Part shown: positions 23,085 to 35,041 of the stretch, one piece after another | Layout of the letters: every line of letters starts with the position of its first letter | Position numbering within the stretch: position 1 is the stretch's first letter | Assembly (NCBI GenBank): GCA_004431415.1 | Contig: QPMI01000401.1 | Coordinates: forward strand, 124,001 to 188,000 | Direction: 5' to 3' | DNA from: Cyanophora paradoxa CCMP329 | Lineage: Eukaryota > Plantae > Glaucophyta | DNA length: 64,000 nt | The notes under the pieces: model-generated | The model's database searches: none | Told to the model about the DNA's origin: nothing | The model's input: the letters and a program-made list of their open reading frames with translations, nothing else | Made by a program: the position numbers and the translations under genes

Positions 23085-26000
23085 TCAGGGGCCGGGGCGC
23101 GCCCCGAGCGCCCGCAGCTGCTCCTCGAGCCGCCTCTTCTCCGCCTGGAGCCGCTCGTTCTCCGCCTTCACGTCGAAGTAGCTCAGCTTCACGTTCTCGT
23201 ACTTCTCCAGCGGCATATGCGCACGCGCCGCGGCGTCGCGGGCCGACTCAAGGTTAAGGGGGCGCAAGCCCAGCGAAATTGGAGAACTCGAACGTTAACG
23301 CGCCGATGCTGGCGGGGGGTCCTTTTGGAGGGTGGCCGCCTGCAAAGGGAAATCGAAACGCGATCGCGAGGCAGAATCAAATCGGAGATGTCTCGCGAGA
23401 GTGTTACTCTTCGCACGCGAACCCGGCACTCATCCGCCCGCTTGCGCGCGGCTGCCGCCTCCTGCTCAGCCTGCGCATGCGCGACGCGTGCACAAGAGGT
23501 AGACTGGTCAGTCCTTAGCCTTGCGCTCAGTCCAGAATAGCGATATCGATGAGGCGCCGCTCACTCGGGCAGCCTCGGCGAGGGCCTGGTTGAGCTTCTC
23601 GGAGTCCTCCGCCCGCTTGCTCGCCGCTGCCGCCTCCTGCTCCGCCTGCGAGTAGAAGCTCTGTGAGGGGCCGGAGACGAAATGCCCTTCGCTCTTTGAT
23701 TTGCAGCAGCCGCGCACTCGGGCGGCCGACGCGCGGGCCTGCTCCAGCTTCTCAAGGAGGCCCGCCATAAGGGCCGCAGCCTCCCGCCTCTCGCCTCGAA
23801 GCGCCTCGATCTGATATCGATCCCGCAATCGAAGTCAGCGCCACGAAATTAGTTTTGCGACGAAATGCGAAATCGCAACACGCGCCGCCATCAAAGAATT
23901 TTGCAGCGCCTTCGTTACGCCGTCGAGCCCGGAGCTCTGATCGCGAGGTCCACACGGCGCAGCCGCAGCGTCGGGGCCCCCGAGCAGGGCCTTGGCTTTG
24001 CCGACCACCGCCGAGAAATTTAAATCATCGTCCTTCACCTGCACGCCGGGGCCAGCGCCGCCGGCGCCGCCCGCCCCGCCGACCTCGACCTCTACTGCGG
24101 TCGCGAGCGACGGGTGCGGCTCCGAGCTCGAGGTCGCCTCGCGGGCGGGGCTGAAGCTCAACCGCACGGGGCTCACGGCGGGCTGCAGCTGACCCTGCTC
24201 CGGATTGAAGGGGCTGACCCCCGCCGAAATTGACTCGTCGCTGACTATAAGCGGCTGGCCGCGAGGCGAGTCGGGAGCCGGAGTCGTCGCTGCGAAGTCA
24301 GCTGCAGCTGCAGCTGGAGCTTGCGGTTCCGGCGAAGGGTCTGGGGGCCCCCTTGGCCCTACCACGGTGCTGGGGCAGGCGGGGTCGCGGTCGGGGGAGA
24401 GAAGCCTGCCGCGCTCCCCCGGAGACGCGCTCGGGCTCGGGCTCGGGCTCATGCGCCGCTTCTTGCTGCGGCTGCGCCTGCGGCTGCGGCGGCTGCGGCT
24501 GCGGCTGCGGCTGCGGCTCCTGCGACGGCGACCGTCCCGCGAGCGCTTGCGTTCAGACTTGCGGCTCCGGCTCCGGCTGCGGCTGCGGCTCCAGCTCCGG
24601 CTTCGAGTCTGGCGGCTGCAGCAGCAGCAAAAATCGCATTTAATCGAATCCTAAATTTGATCGCGAGTTCACAGCGTTCCGCGCGCACTCGGCAGGAGCG
24701 TCGACGGAGTTTCTAACTGCACCGTTTAGGTCGTCGTACGCTTCGCGCGGAAAAGCCTCTGGACCGACCTGCGTCTCCGAATTCAAAATGATCGATATCG
24801 TGAAGGCGATCGATCGATATCTGAAATATTTCTAGGTCTAGGTATTGTTGTGTATGCCCCCTGGGCAGCCCCCGCAGTGCTGGTGTCTAGAGGCTGTGGG
24901 CGGTAATTCACCAAAAACAAAGCATTTCGAATTAGATCAAGGCGATCGGAAATGTTTTCATCTATAGCTAGGCGATAGGACATATTTCTAGATCTCCGCG
25001 CACACGTATAATTTGCATGAGTACTAGTGCCACGCGGTGCGTGCTCAGGCACGTCGCGCGCGCGCACGTTCTCGCGGTCTCTACGAGCGGTCGCATTGCA
25101 CCCACTGTGTGAGAACTTCAAATCCCGCTCCTGAGCAAAAATTCGAATTTGGAGAATTTTAAGCGGCAGCCGCAAGCTTATATAATATTAAGGGACGTTA
25201 GACAAATTCGAAGTGAATATTTTCGATGCATGTGCACGCGTATGCGGTGCGGCGCGCCTTGATCACTCCTATCGCGTCCTCTTCCCTCCGGTAGAGAACG
25301 AGGGCCGCGCGACTGATGCCGCGGGGGCCTCTCAGGACTTGAACCGCCGCCAGCGGGCCGTACCTGCCACGCAGACCAGTGAGCACTAGCGCTCCAGATC
25401 GGCCATGGCCAGCTGCAGCACTAGCGTCTCGAAGAATATTGAATTCGAACATATAGTTTGTGTGTCGGAACTTTTCGGAAAATCGAAGCGCGCCTGCTGC
25501 AGGCCTCCACGATTTCTTGTCGGGAAGGAGGGGCGTCGACACCCGCAAAACTTCCCACCCATACGACTCGCGACCTGAACCGATCTCCTGACGACCGGAA
25601 GCGGTACTGCAATTTCATATCAGAGAGTGAGCGAAAACACGGCTGAGCCCGAGAGTTATAATTAGGAGCACCGATACTGAGCCGCGGACGCTGGCTGCCT
25701 GGCTTACTTTGACCTCAAACCGCGGGGTGAGCTTCATCCTTTTCTCCGCTCTGCGAGATTAGAATGACTGTCTGTTAGATGCCATGATGATCCAGAATTC
25801 GAAAGCTCCGACTCTTTCATTTTCGTAATGAATGTAGTCACGTGCACCTCAGTTTTTCAGCAGCGTCGCGGTCGCGCACGAGCACGAAGGCAAATGTGCT
25901 ATTGCTCGACTCTTCGATCTCCTCGACAACCCCGTACCTTCAAATATGCCCGCGCGGTCAGCAGTGGCGCCGGCGGAGGGTGGGCGGCGCCGATATCGAT

Positions 26001-26450
26001 GCGCTGTCGACGGACCTGGTGCACGCGTCACGGATTTGCTTCACGGCCACCGCTCCAGGGGCCCAGCTGCCGACAAACACGACGCGCTCGTGCACCTCCT
26101 GCGCTGCGTATGTGCACTCTGATTCATTCGAACTCGCAGCAGCTGTTGTCGAAATCTGCTTGCAATATATTAATTGCGCCTGCCAGTTCAAAGCGTGGCG
26201 CGGTGCGCGGCGATCAATGCGCGGTGATCGAATCCGCGAACCGTGCGCTTGAGCTTGTCAGAGTCTTCGGCGCCCTCCTCCAGCTTGACGCGCGCACTTG
26301 GCGGCTCCGGCATCGACATGTCGATATTAAGTGCTGCAGATGCGAAACGAGCATTTCGATCAGCGGACCATATATATGCGCATATGCATGTGCCATTTTA
26401 GAGCGCGATGATTTCGCCGAGCGAATGCTTGCAATTGGCGGATTATGGAT
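23085..26450 (-). CDS. SR-related RNA-binding protein: two divergent RRM-like domains, RS domain, Pro-rich linker and C-terminal coiled coil
   Basis: Spliced ERVVFVGSWAPGAVAVKQIRDACTR|YGVVEEIEESSNSTFAFVLVRDRDAAEKL and SRVVWVGSF...RQEIVEACSR|YGPLAAVQVLRGPRGISRAALVLYRREEDA; RSRSRS run at about 24450-24610; ends VKAENERLQAEKRRLEEQLRALGARPGP* at 23085. Start codon not resolved. Confidence 0.6.
24845..24917 (+). mobile_element. Short poly(A) retroposon copy (intronic)
   Basis: Same CCTGGGCAGCCCCCGCAGTGCTGGTGTCTAGAG...GGTAATTCACCAAAAA end as 10784-10841; TSD decayed. Confidence 0.75.
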
Positions 26451-27372
26451 ATAGAACGCAATCTTCGCAGACTTGGGCGCGCGTGAGCAGACTTTTCGCG
26501 CGTGAGCGCGGCCGCCGGGCGATGCCGGCGGTCTCGCGCGAAAATCGCGAAAGTCGCCGCGCACCTTCTCATCCGCTGCAAGTACGGGACGCTGCGGCCT
26601 TAAACTCACGCTTGTAACGCCGCGTCTCAATTTCGCAGGCTCGACAACTTCGCAGACGCGACGCGAATATCGCGTACCCTCGAAGGAATTTTCGCGTCCC
26701 CGCGCGGTTTTCGCGGCATTTCGCGGCCTAATGCCGCATCGCGCGATATCGATATCGATCACCAATTCGACAAATTAAATATATCGATATAGGCATGCAC
26801 ACACATCCTAGGCCTGGCATCTGCAGGCAACTCTAGCTTGACTATAGCTACAGCTGGAACATCGAATTCCAGCTCTCAGACTATTGCTACGTATACGCTA
26901 TACGGTACTGTTGTGAAAGCGATAGCTTGGAGGTCCAAAGCGCTCTGAAGATTTTCTTGGCAAGGGCCCGCCAGCTGCAGGCTAGAGCACGATAGCGCGC
27001 TCGAAGTCGAAGTATGATCATGATACTATATATGCTATATATGATATAATTGCAAGCGGTATTCGGAAAAGCGACGTTGTGGGAGCTCGGGTCTCCCGCG
27101 GAACTAACGTTTTCGAGCGCAGCACTAGCTCAAGTCGAAGCACACAAAGACTAGTACTAAGTGAAATTATTACATCGGTGCGGCTCATGATCACGATTGA
27201 TCGCACTAGCTATAGGCTCAAAAAAAATGACCCCGCTCAAAATCTAGATCGCACTACAGCTAAATATAAGTACTAGTATACATATATGCATTGCGCATGT
27301 GTACATGTCCGAAAGCGATAGCACGCGTACGGTAGGCGGATACCGATCATTTGCATGATCAGCTGAAGGAGG

Positions 27373-29465
27373 CTACTGCGGGAGGGAGGCTTCCGTGATT
27401 GCGACGATGGATGCAGCGAGGGCGGGCGCCGATGCCGGCGACCGCGAATTCGAACGCCCGGCGGGGGGTACGACCACGAGGGCCGAGCCCTGGGGGACGT
27501 CCGTCAGGGCCGGGGGGTCCGGCAGCGGGGCCGGCGTCCGAGCGCCGGACGCCGCGGGATCCAGGCGGCTCGCGATCAGAGACACGGCCGCGAGCGCTGC
27601 CGGGGGTACATGATCAGAAAAGGCCTAGGGGACGAGGAAGGGAAGGGCCAGTTCAGAGAGACCAAAGGGGGTACCGTCCAGGGCTGAGGTCGCGATCGCC
27701 GGAGGGGTACGCGTCCTCTTCGCGGGCGGCTCATGGGGGGGCTCGTTGGTGGGGGTAGGGGCCCGAGGCCGCTTGGCGGCGGCCGCGGGCAGGAGCCGCA
27801 GGGCGCTGGGGGAGGGGAGGAGCGAAGCCGGCCTGGCCGGCCGCGGAGTGCAAGCTCGGAACTTCAAATCCCAGGGCGAGCTCGAGGGCGCCGGCCGCGG
27901 GGGGGACTGCTTCTTGGGGGGTACGCTCGCCGAGCCGACGCTCGACGCGTACGGCGGGAGGGACAGGCGCCGGAGGAAGAGGCGCGCGGCCCGGCACTCG
28001 TCGGCGGCGGAGGGCGTGCCCCGCGCGACGCCGCCGGAGACGAAGCGGGCGAACGATCCCCGGAGCATCGCTACGAAGAAAGGCTCCCTGTACATGTACC
28101 CCGCTCAGAACCGGCGCGGCGGAAGGGTACGAGGTTCAAGAGGGGCGCACTTCTTGTAGGAGGAGAGGGGGAAGATGGTCGTCGGGGGTACAATTGTCCG
28201 CCTGGAGCCCGGGGCCGGACGCGGGCTCGCGATCGGGCTCGGAACCGAGCGGTCGGGCGAGCGGTCGGGCGAGCGGTCAGCGGAGCGCTTCTTGGCCGAG
28301 CGGTGCGCCTCGAGCTGGAGGAGGGACCAGAGGAGGACGGCGACGCGGTCGTGACCGCGCGACGCCGCGACCTGCGCTCGGTTCAAGCGAAGTCAGCTCG
28401 ATTCGGAGGAGGCGGCGCGGCGGGGGGCGCGCCTCGTCCTCGAAGAGACCCGCGCAGTGCACGCCCCCGCGGTGCCTGCCGAGGCTTAGAGCTCAGAAGC
28501 GCAGGGGAGAAGTTCAAGGGAGGGGCGCGAACGCGGGCGCACGGGAGGAAGGCGGCGACGCGGCCGAAGCCCGGGCCGTGGCCGCCCGGCACCCGCACGA
28601 TGCGCGCAGCCTGCGCGAGGCCGCGCCGAGGTCAGAATGGGGTCGGATGATGTGCGATGCGAGTGGGGGCCGAGCTCGAGCATGGGCCCGGCCCCACTCA
28701 GTGACCGCGGGTCACAGCGACCAGCGCACCGTGTCTCGCAGCGCGCCGACGTCGAGCGCAGGGAGCTGATCGATTGCTGAGCCGGCGCCGGCGGGCTCGG
28801 CCGCCGGCCATGCCCAGTCGGCGTCGGCGTCCGGCCGCGGGGGCGACGGGAAGTCCGGCACGCAGCCCATGACGTCACAGCGCCCTCCGGTCAAACGACC
28901 GGGCACCGGCGGACACCGCTGCGGGGCAGAGCATGAGACGAGAAGAGAAAGAAGAGAAGACTGCGCGGCTCACGTTTTCGGGCGCGGGCGACTGCCGGCG
29001 CGCGCAATCGAGCGAGGCGCGCGCCGGCGCCGGCCTCATGCCGCAGGTGCCGCGCGGAGAGAAGCGGGCCTCTTCCGGAGCGAGGTCGCCCGTCTCCCGC
29101 GGGAGGGGACCGCGGATGCAGGCTCCCGCGCTGCGCGAGAACAGGTTAACCGGGTTGAGATCTAGATCTAGATCTGCAAGGTGGCCGCGCCTCGCCCCGC
29201 GCAAAGGACCCCGCGCACGCGCAACCGCTCTCAACGCCGTATCTAAGCCCAAAAGGCAAGTCAAAGCTATCAGCCCGCGCGCGCGCGATCGCGACGAGAG
29301 AAGGCCCGCGACCCCGCTTGACCGGTTCTCGAGCGCGCGCACCTGATCGGGGCCAGCGCCACCATTTGTGAATGGAATATGATGAATCCGGTGAGATCCG
29401 CAGCAATGCAGAAGGCCGTCCGGCTCGGGAGACTGCTTGCGCGCGCGCGCGCTCAGCTTGCGCAC
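27373..29465 (-). CDS. Low-complexity Pro/Ser/Arg-rich hypothetical protein (spliced)
   Basis: GC-rich exon-like blocks with plausible splice sites, ending SIVAITEASLPQ*; divergent from the gene at 29652; no recognisable domain. Confidence 0.3.
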
Positions 29466-29651
29466 GGTCAGCCTGGACAGGTCGGGAGCCGGCGCCGATC
29501 AGGTGGCTCCGAGGTGTGCGAGGCTGAAGGCTGGCCGGAAGCGCGGCTCGAAGGCTGGGCGGGAGCTGCGGTGCGAAGCGGCGACTATCTTTTTTCTGAA
29601 CCTGGGTACGGGAGACTGCCTGCGTCGGGTACACGGAAAAGCTAATTGATA

Positions 29652-31743
29652 ATGCGCACCGCGAGCTACGTAGCGTGCGCAGCGCCGACGCCGACGCGGG
29701 AGGTCCAGACAGCGCTGCCTGCCTCGCCGCCGCGGGCCGCAGCGGTCCGGACCCGTTCTAGGCCGCAGCACCGCCCAGCGCCAGCCGCGCGTCGGCTCAG
29801 GCGCAGCACCTTCCTGGGAGGTCGCCAGGCCTTTCATGCGGCCCAGAGCCGCGCGCCCAGGCCCGAAGGCCCGGCTGCGGCGCCGGCCTGCGTGGCGGGG
29901 CCGCCCGACTCGTTCGACGCGGACGAGCTGCTGAAGGAGAACTACCTCGAGGTGTGGCGCGCCCCCGCGGTCTTTCTTCGCTCGCCGCGGGCCCTGCCGC
30001 CGGCCGCCCGCCCGCGCGCGCGCGAAGCCCGCCGCCGAGTCTGATGCCGGCGCCCCCCCCCCCGCGCAGCTGTCGCTCGCCTGCGTCGATGCCATCGACG
30101 CCTCCGACTCGCAGCAGCGGTTCGCGCGCGACCCGACGCCGCTCCGCTCCGCGCCGCGCCGCGCCGCGCCGGCCGCTCACCGCCGCGCCGCCGCGCGCAG
30201 GTACGCTGTTCTGCGCGTCGCCGATCCAACATCCATCCGCCTGCGCGACCGGCGCGAGTTCGTGGGCCGCTTCATCCCCATACCCCGTGCGCCCCGCCCC
30301 CCGCCCGCCGCTCTTCCGAAGCCCCTCACGCCCCCGCCCGGTCCCAGTGCCTGGCCCCGACGCCGACGCCGTCCAATCGGCTTTCACTGCCATCCCCTTC
30401 AAGCGTACCCCCCTGTCCTTCGCCACCGCCTCCGCCGCCCTGCTCCGCGCCTCGTGCGAACCCCCCGCCGCCCTCGCCCCCCACCTCCCCTAAACGCCGT
30501 ACCTCAGAGACGTCTTCTCGGCGCTGCCTGGGGGCTTCCAGCCCTCCACCCGTCTCGTGTACACCGGGCTCCTGGCCCCCTCCTGGAGCCCCCCCCAGCT
30601 CTGGGTCGAGGGCCTCTCGGCGGCGGGGTACGACGTCTCCCGCTGCTTCGTCGAGACCGAGCGGCGGGGTACGGCCTCTGCCACCGTCCGGGGCGCCCTC
30701 CAGCTCGTGCCGTCCCCGGGCAGACGTGGTGCGCGCGCGTACCCCCGGCCACCTCCCCCCCCCTTCCTTCCCCCGCCCCCCCCCCTTCCCCCCTGACCTG
30801 GTACCCGGTTGGCAGCCTCGGGAGGTACCATGACGGTCCCCTGCAAGCCCGGGGTAGCCCTCGCCATCTCCGCGGAGCTCCGCCTACCCGTTCTCGTACA
30901 CCGGAGCGTCTGGTCCGCCCCGGATTCGAACCCGCTCCCCCTTTCCCCTTCCCGTCCCCCCGTTCTTAAGTGCTTGTACCCCAGGGAGGACACTGCGGTA
31001 CCCCTAGAGCAGACCCTGGACGGACTCCGCTTCCCCCCCGACCTCCGCTGGAAGGTGCGCGGTACCCCCCTTTCTTTTCGCGGACGGAGCGCCCAGCTTC
31101 GCCCCAGGACGAGGCGGAAGAGTCGCCGAGGGAGCCTCCGAAGTCCGCGGCGAACGATCCGTTCTACGTGAAGGTGTCACCTTCCTCCCCTCCCCCTGCG
31201 TGCCCCTCGCCGAGCCCGCCCCGCCTCCCCCCCAGGCCGCGGAGGAACGGGAGCGGCGGATCGCCGAGCTCGTCGCGGAGGAGCGGTACGTACCCCCCCC
31301 TAAAAAAACTCCGACCCGTACCCCCTTAACTGAATCCGGTACCCCCCCCCCCCGAAGGTACGAGGAGGCGGCGGCGGAGCGGGACCGGCCGATGCTGGAC
31401 CGGGAGCGCGTCCTCGCCGACCTCGAGGCCGCCGTCCGCGAGGAGCGGTCCGCCCCCGTACCCCCCCGGCCCCGAGCTCCGGGCGCATGTACCCCCGCCC
31501 GCGCCCCCCGGGACTCACCCCGGGCAGGTACGAGGACGCGGCGAGGCTGCGGGACGAGCTCGTGTGGTTGACGGACTGCAAGGCGGTGCGCCCCTGTACT
31601 CTGCTAGCCCTGCCAGGGCCCAGCCCCGGCCCTAGCCCTAACCCTAGCTCACGCCGCGGTCGCCCCGCGCGCAGGACCCGGATAACCAGGGCAACTACGA
31701 CCCGTACCTGGACCGCGACCCATGGTACCGGCCCGTCCGCTGA
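29652..31743 (+). CDS. Putative plastid protein with a divergent bifunctional-nuclease (DUF151/BFN)-like domain and two UVR (UvrB/C) motifs
   Basis: Transit-peptide-like N-terminus (MRTASYV...STFLGG); RFIPIPLPGPDADAV and TVPCKPGVALAISAELRLPVLVHRSVW resemble BFN; IAELVAEERYEEAAAERD and LEAAVREERYEDAARLRDEL are UVR motifs; ends YDPYLDRDPWYRPVR*. Confidence 0.7.
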
Positions 31744-31903
31744 TCGCGAGGGTTTGCAGTGCAGCAGCAGCTATTCTTAGGAAATCTACTTGCTTTTTGA
31801 TTACATACATCGGAGCAATATTGGCTCCTTAATTTTTTGAATTGCCTGAGGCGCTTACTATGCTGATATCGTTGAGATTGACGTAATTTGTTTTATAAGC
31901 CTT

Positions 31904-31966
31904 TGGTACCGGCCCGTCCGGTGATCGCGAGGGGACCGCTTCTCCCCGTTGGAAAATTTGCCGTGC

Positions 31967-32029
<63 letters not shown>

Positions 32030-32200
32030 TATTCTTAGACTTTCTTTTTTATCATATACATGTACAATCCGAGCAATATTAGTGTATTCGACTCACGAGT
32101 GATTTTTTGAACTGTCTTGAGGCGCTTACTATAGCTATGCTGCTGATCGATATCATGAGATTGACGATATAATGAGATTGACGTCGACGTAATTTATAAA
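31904..32200 (+). repeat. Tandem duplicate of the BFN/UVR gene stop and 3' UTR (31723-31903), with an expanded (CAG)n tract at about 31965-32029
   Basis: TGGTACCGGCCCGTCCG.TGATCGCGAGGG, GCAGCTATTCTTAG, GAGGCGCTTACTA and GAGATTGACGT all recur in order. Confidence 0.9.
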
Positions 32201-32244
32201 GCTGTGGAACAGAGTGAAACGAGGAAAGAATGTCAGTTCTGGGC

Positions 32245-32465
32245 GGATGCACGTAGCCGGATCGGAGGGAAAAGCCGGGAGTGCACGCGGGGGAAGGAGC
32301 CTCGGAGCCGACGCGGACGGGATGTCGCGGCGCCGGCGGCGCACTGCAGCAGGGAGCTCGAGCCCGCGCGCTTCGTCCTGCAGCTGCGAGGGTACGGTAT
32401 CCAAACAAAGTAATTCCAGGGGGCAGGGGGGTAAATAAGCTTAAGAAGCTCGGCTGGCCATGGGC
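32245..32465 (-). pseudogene. Decayed copy of the 3' exons of the SLC35F6-like gene
   Basis: Aligns to about 35145-35310 (TGCACGTAGCCGGA.CGGAGGGA, GGGGGAAGGAGCC, TGTCGCGGCG, CGTCCTGC); peptide SLRSGYVH is retained. Confidence 0.8.
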
Positions 32466-35041
32466 CATGCATATGGGCCGCCGGCCCGGCGCCGGGCGGC
32501 CCGGGCCTCGGCCCTCGGCCGGCGAGGTCAACCCTGGTCAAGTATGCTAAATTTCCGAATTTCGCGATTCGGCTCGAATGAAAAATATTTTTTCAATCGA
32601 GCAGTTCGGCGTTTTGGTTTATGAATGGCTCTTATGGCGCTCGTTTGCTCCTCAGGCCTAGCAGCCTCTACTAAAATACAACCGGGGTCAGCCTGTAGAT
32701 GGCTAGCTATAGTCGAAATCACACTACAGTATACGTACAGCTGGCTACGTGTCCGAATTGCAAGTTTAAGAGCAATGGCTAGGCCATGATCATGATGTGT
32801 ATGGGGACGTCCGACGGTCCGTCAGAGCCGGGGGGTCCGGCCTGGCCTCTCAAGGGATGCCGGCATCGGAGCCGGCGCTTTTGATGAGCTCGATCGATGT
32901 TTTTGAATTCGAATTCGTTCTGAAGCTATACGCGTACGTATACCCCGAGGAGCTCGAGCCTGCCGATCGCGATTGCGAGGGCTAACTATTAATTACAGAG
33001 GTTAAAGTGGGCTATATGTTGCGCTTTAGCTTCGACTTGTTGCGCTCCGGATCCAGGCGCTCCCCTTCCGATTGGAAGTAGTCCAGCAAGTGGACGAGCT
33101 CCCGCGCCTTCTCTTGGAGCTGTGCGCTGCGAGCGCGGCACGTGCACGCGTACTGATTAAAAGATGCAATATTAATCATGAATGATTTCGATTCAAGGAT
33201 ATCGAGTACAAGGCGGTAAGGCACGGTCCGGGGCTCAGCGGCTCACATGGAAGGCGTGTAATTATAAGGCTGTCGCCGCGGAATGTAGCCAGACTCTTCA
33301 GGCATATGGTCGCCTGCGCGTCCATAACCCGTAATCAAAATTTATCAGAAATTAAAGAGATTCGTAAGAGGTATAATGAAGCAGGCGGCTGCGGGCCCTT
33401 TCGAATGTTGCACGTGCGGCACGAGGCGACAATGTTCTCCCACGTGCGCATGCCTCCCTTGCAGCGGGGAATTAAGTGATCTAAAAAGCGTCAAAAGCAT
33501 CGAAATGAAAGGTCGTAGAAACTGCGAAATTTTGAAACGCTGAACCGAAAGTGAGCTGGGAAGGGAGGAAGAGCTCGAAGCAGTACTGGCAGCGGAAGCG
33601 ATCTCGGAGGAAGAGGTTGTGACGCGAGAAGGCGGCGGGCGCCCGCACCAATTGCAAGGGCCCCGGCGCCGGCGATATCGATCGTGCGCCCTCGGGGAGG
33701 AATTGAAGTCGAACACATGTGATGAATTCCGCCTTGCGGGCCCCTAGGCCTGCGTACGATCTTCAATTGCAAATTTGCAAAGTTAAAGTTGTGCTTCAGT
33801 TATCAAATCCGCACGCTGCATAGTATTGGTGATGCCGCTATGCAGCTTAATCTGAAGCTTCAGCGCGGCCAGTTTCTCGCGATTCAAATTTAAATCATGA
33901 TATCGATCATGAGGCGCGATGTAGACGCTGCAGTGCGCCTGCACATATTTCTCTACAAGGGCGCCCGGTGGATACCGCCTCAGCTCAACGTCCAGGACGA
34001 GCCACCCTACGATCGCGAGTCATAATTAGCTGGAACAAGCTGACGCCATACAGATGCACGAGCACCGCAAATGTCAGAATCTAATAGCCGAAGAGTTTTC
34101 ACTTCTGTAACGAACTGGGCGAACGTCCAATGAGGAGCCGCGGAAAGCGCGTAAACGACCAGCTTGCGCCTCGCCAGGTCGAAGATGTGCGCGAAAATGA
34201 TGCGCGCATGCATTTGCGCGGCATGCGGGATCGCGCGCGCCCGGCGGCCGCATGCACTCTCGCTAACTGCTGCTAACCGCAAGTATACGTAACGCTCGTG
34301 CGCCGATTGAATTTCGACCGAATTTCGACCGAACTGGGCCCGGCCCTCCTCTCCTCCTTCGAATCTCGAATCACCTTCTCCTCCGAGGCTCCGGGCCTCT
34401 CTTAAGCTTTCCAGAAGGTTGCCAAGTTGAGGCCTCTCGACCCCAGGGTACGCCTCTATCGATATCGGTACGACACGGGCCGCCAGCCGCACGAGCTCGA
34501 GGGACTTTTAAAAAAATGCGACTAGGGGAACAACGTGCCGGGCCTCTCTTCTTTCAAGCTTCGAAATTCCTTCCCACAACTCTCTCCCCTTCCCCGATTT
34601 CCGGATCTCGCCCCTCCCATCTCGAGCTCCCCTCCCACCCCGGCCCCCTCCAACCCTCTCCCCCTTCAGGCTTGATTACGGGCGTTGATTACTTCCGAAG
34701 TTCCTCTTCCTTTCTTTTCTCCTCAGGGCCTTTCTCGACGGGCGTTGGTTCCTTTCTTTCTTTCTTACCAGAAATCGACATCATCATCCAGAAAAGTCAA
34801 AAGCCGACCTTCTCTTCCTCGCTATTTTTTCGCCTTCCGGATCCCCAATCTCCTTCCTCTTCCTTCCTTTTCTCCTTTCCTGTCCCCCCCCCCCCTCCCC
34901 GCGCACAAATTTGCAATTGAATTAAAATGAGCCCTGCTCGCGACTGCCTAGGGTGGGGCGAGGGGTAGGATCCGGAGGAGGCGGGGGGCGATCTCGAGTG
35001 CCGGCGGGGGCACGGTTGAGAGAAGCCGCCCGATCGCAAAG

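Noticed and set aside
24353-24643. Plus-strand Cys/Gly-rich ORF (CCGCACGCGGCGC) resembling metallothionein
   Set aside because: It is the antisense shadow of the AGCCGC (Ser-Arg) repeat of the RS domain and has no ATG context or targeting peptide.
32527-32692. Possible TIR element (ACCCTGGTC...AACCGGGGT)
   Set aside because: The inverted match is too short and degenerate, and there is no TSD.
33000-34930. ORFs 34007-34492 and neighbours
   Set aside because: Broken frames and no motif; only noted as decayed filler in the chimeric-duplicate finding.
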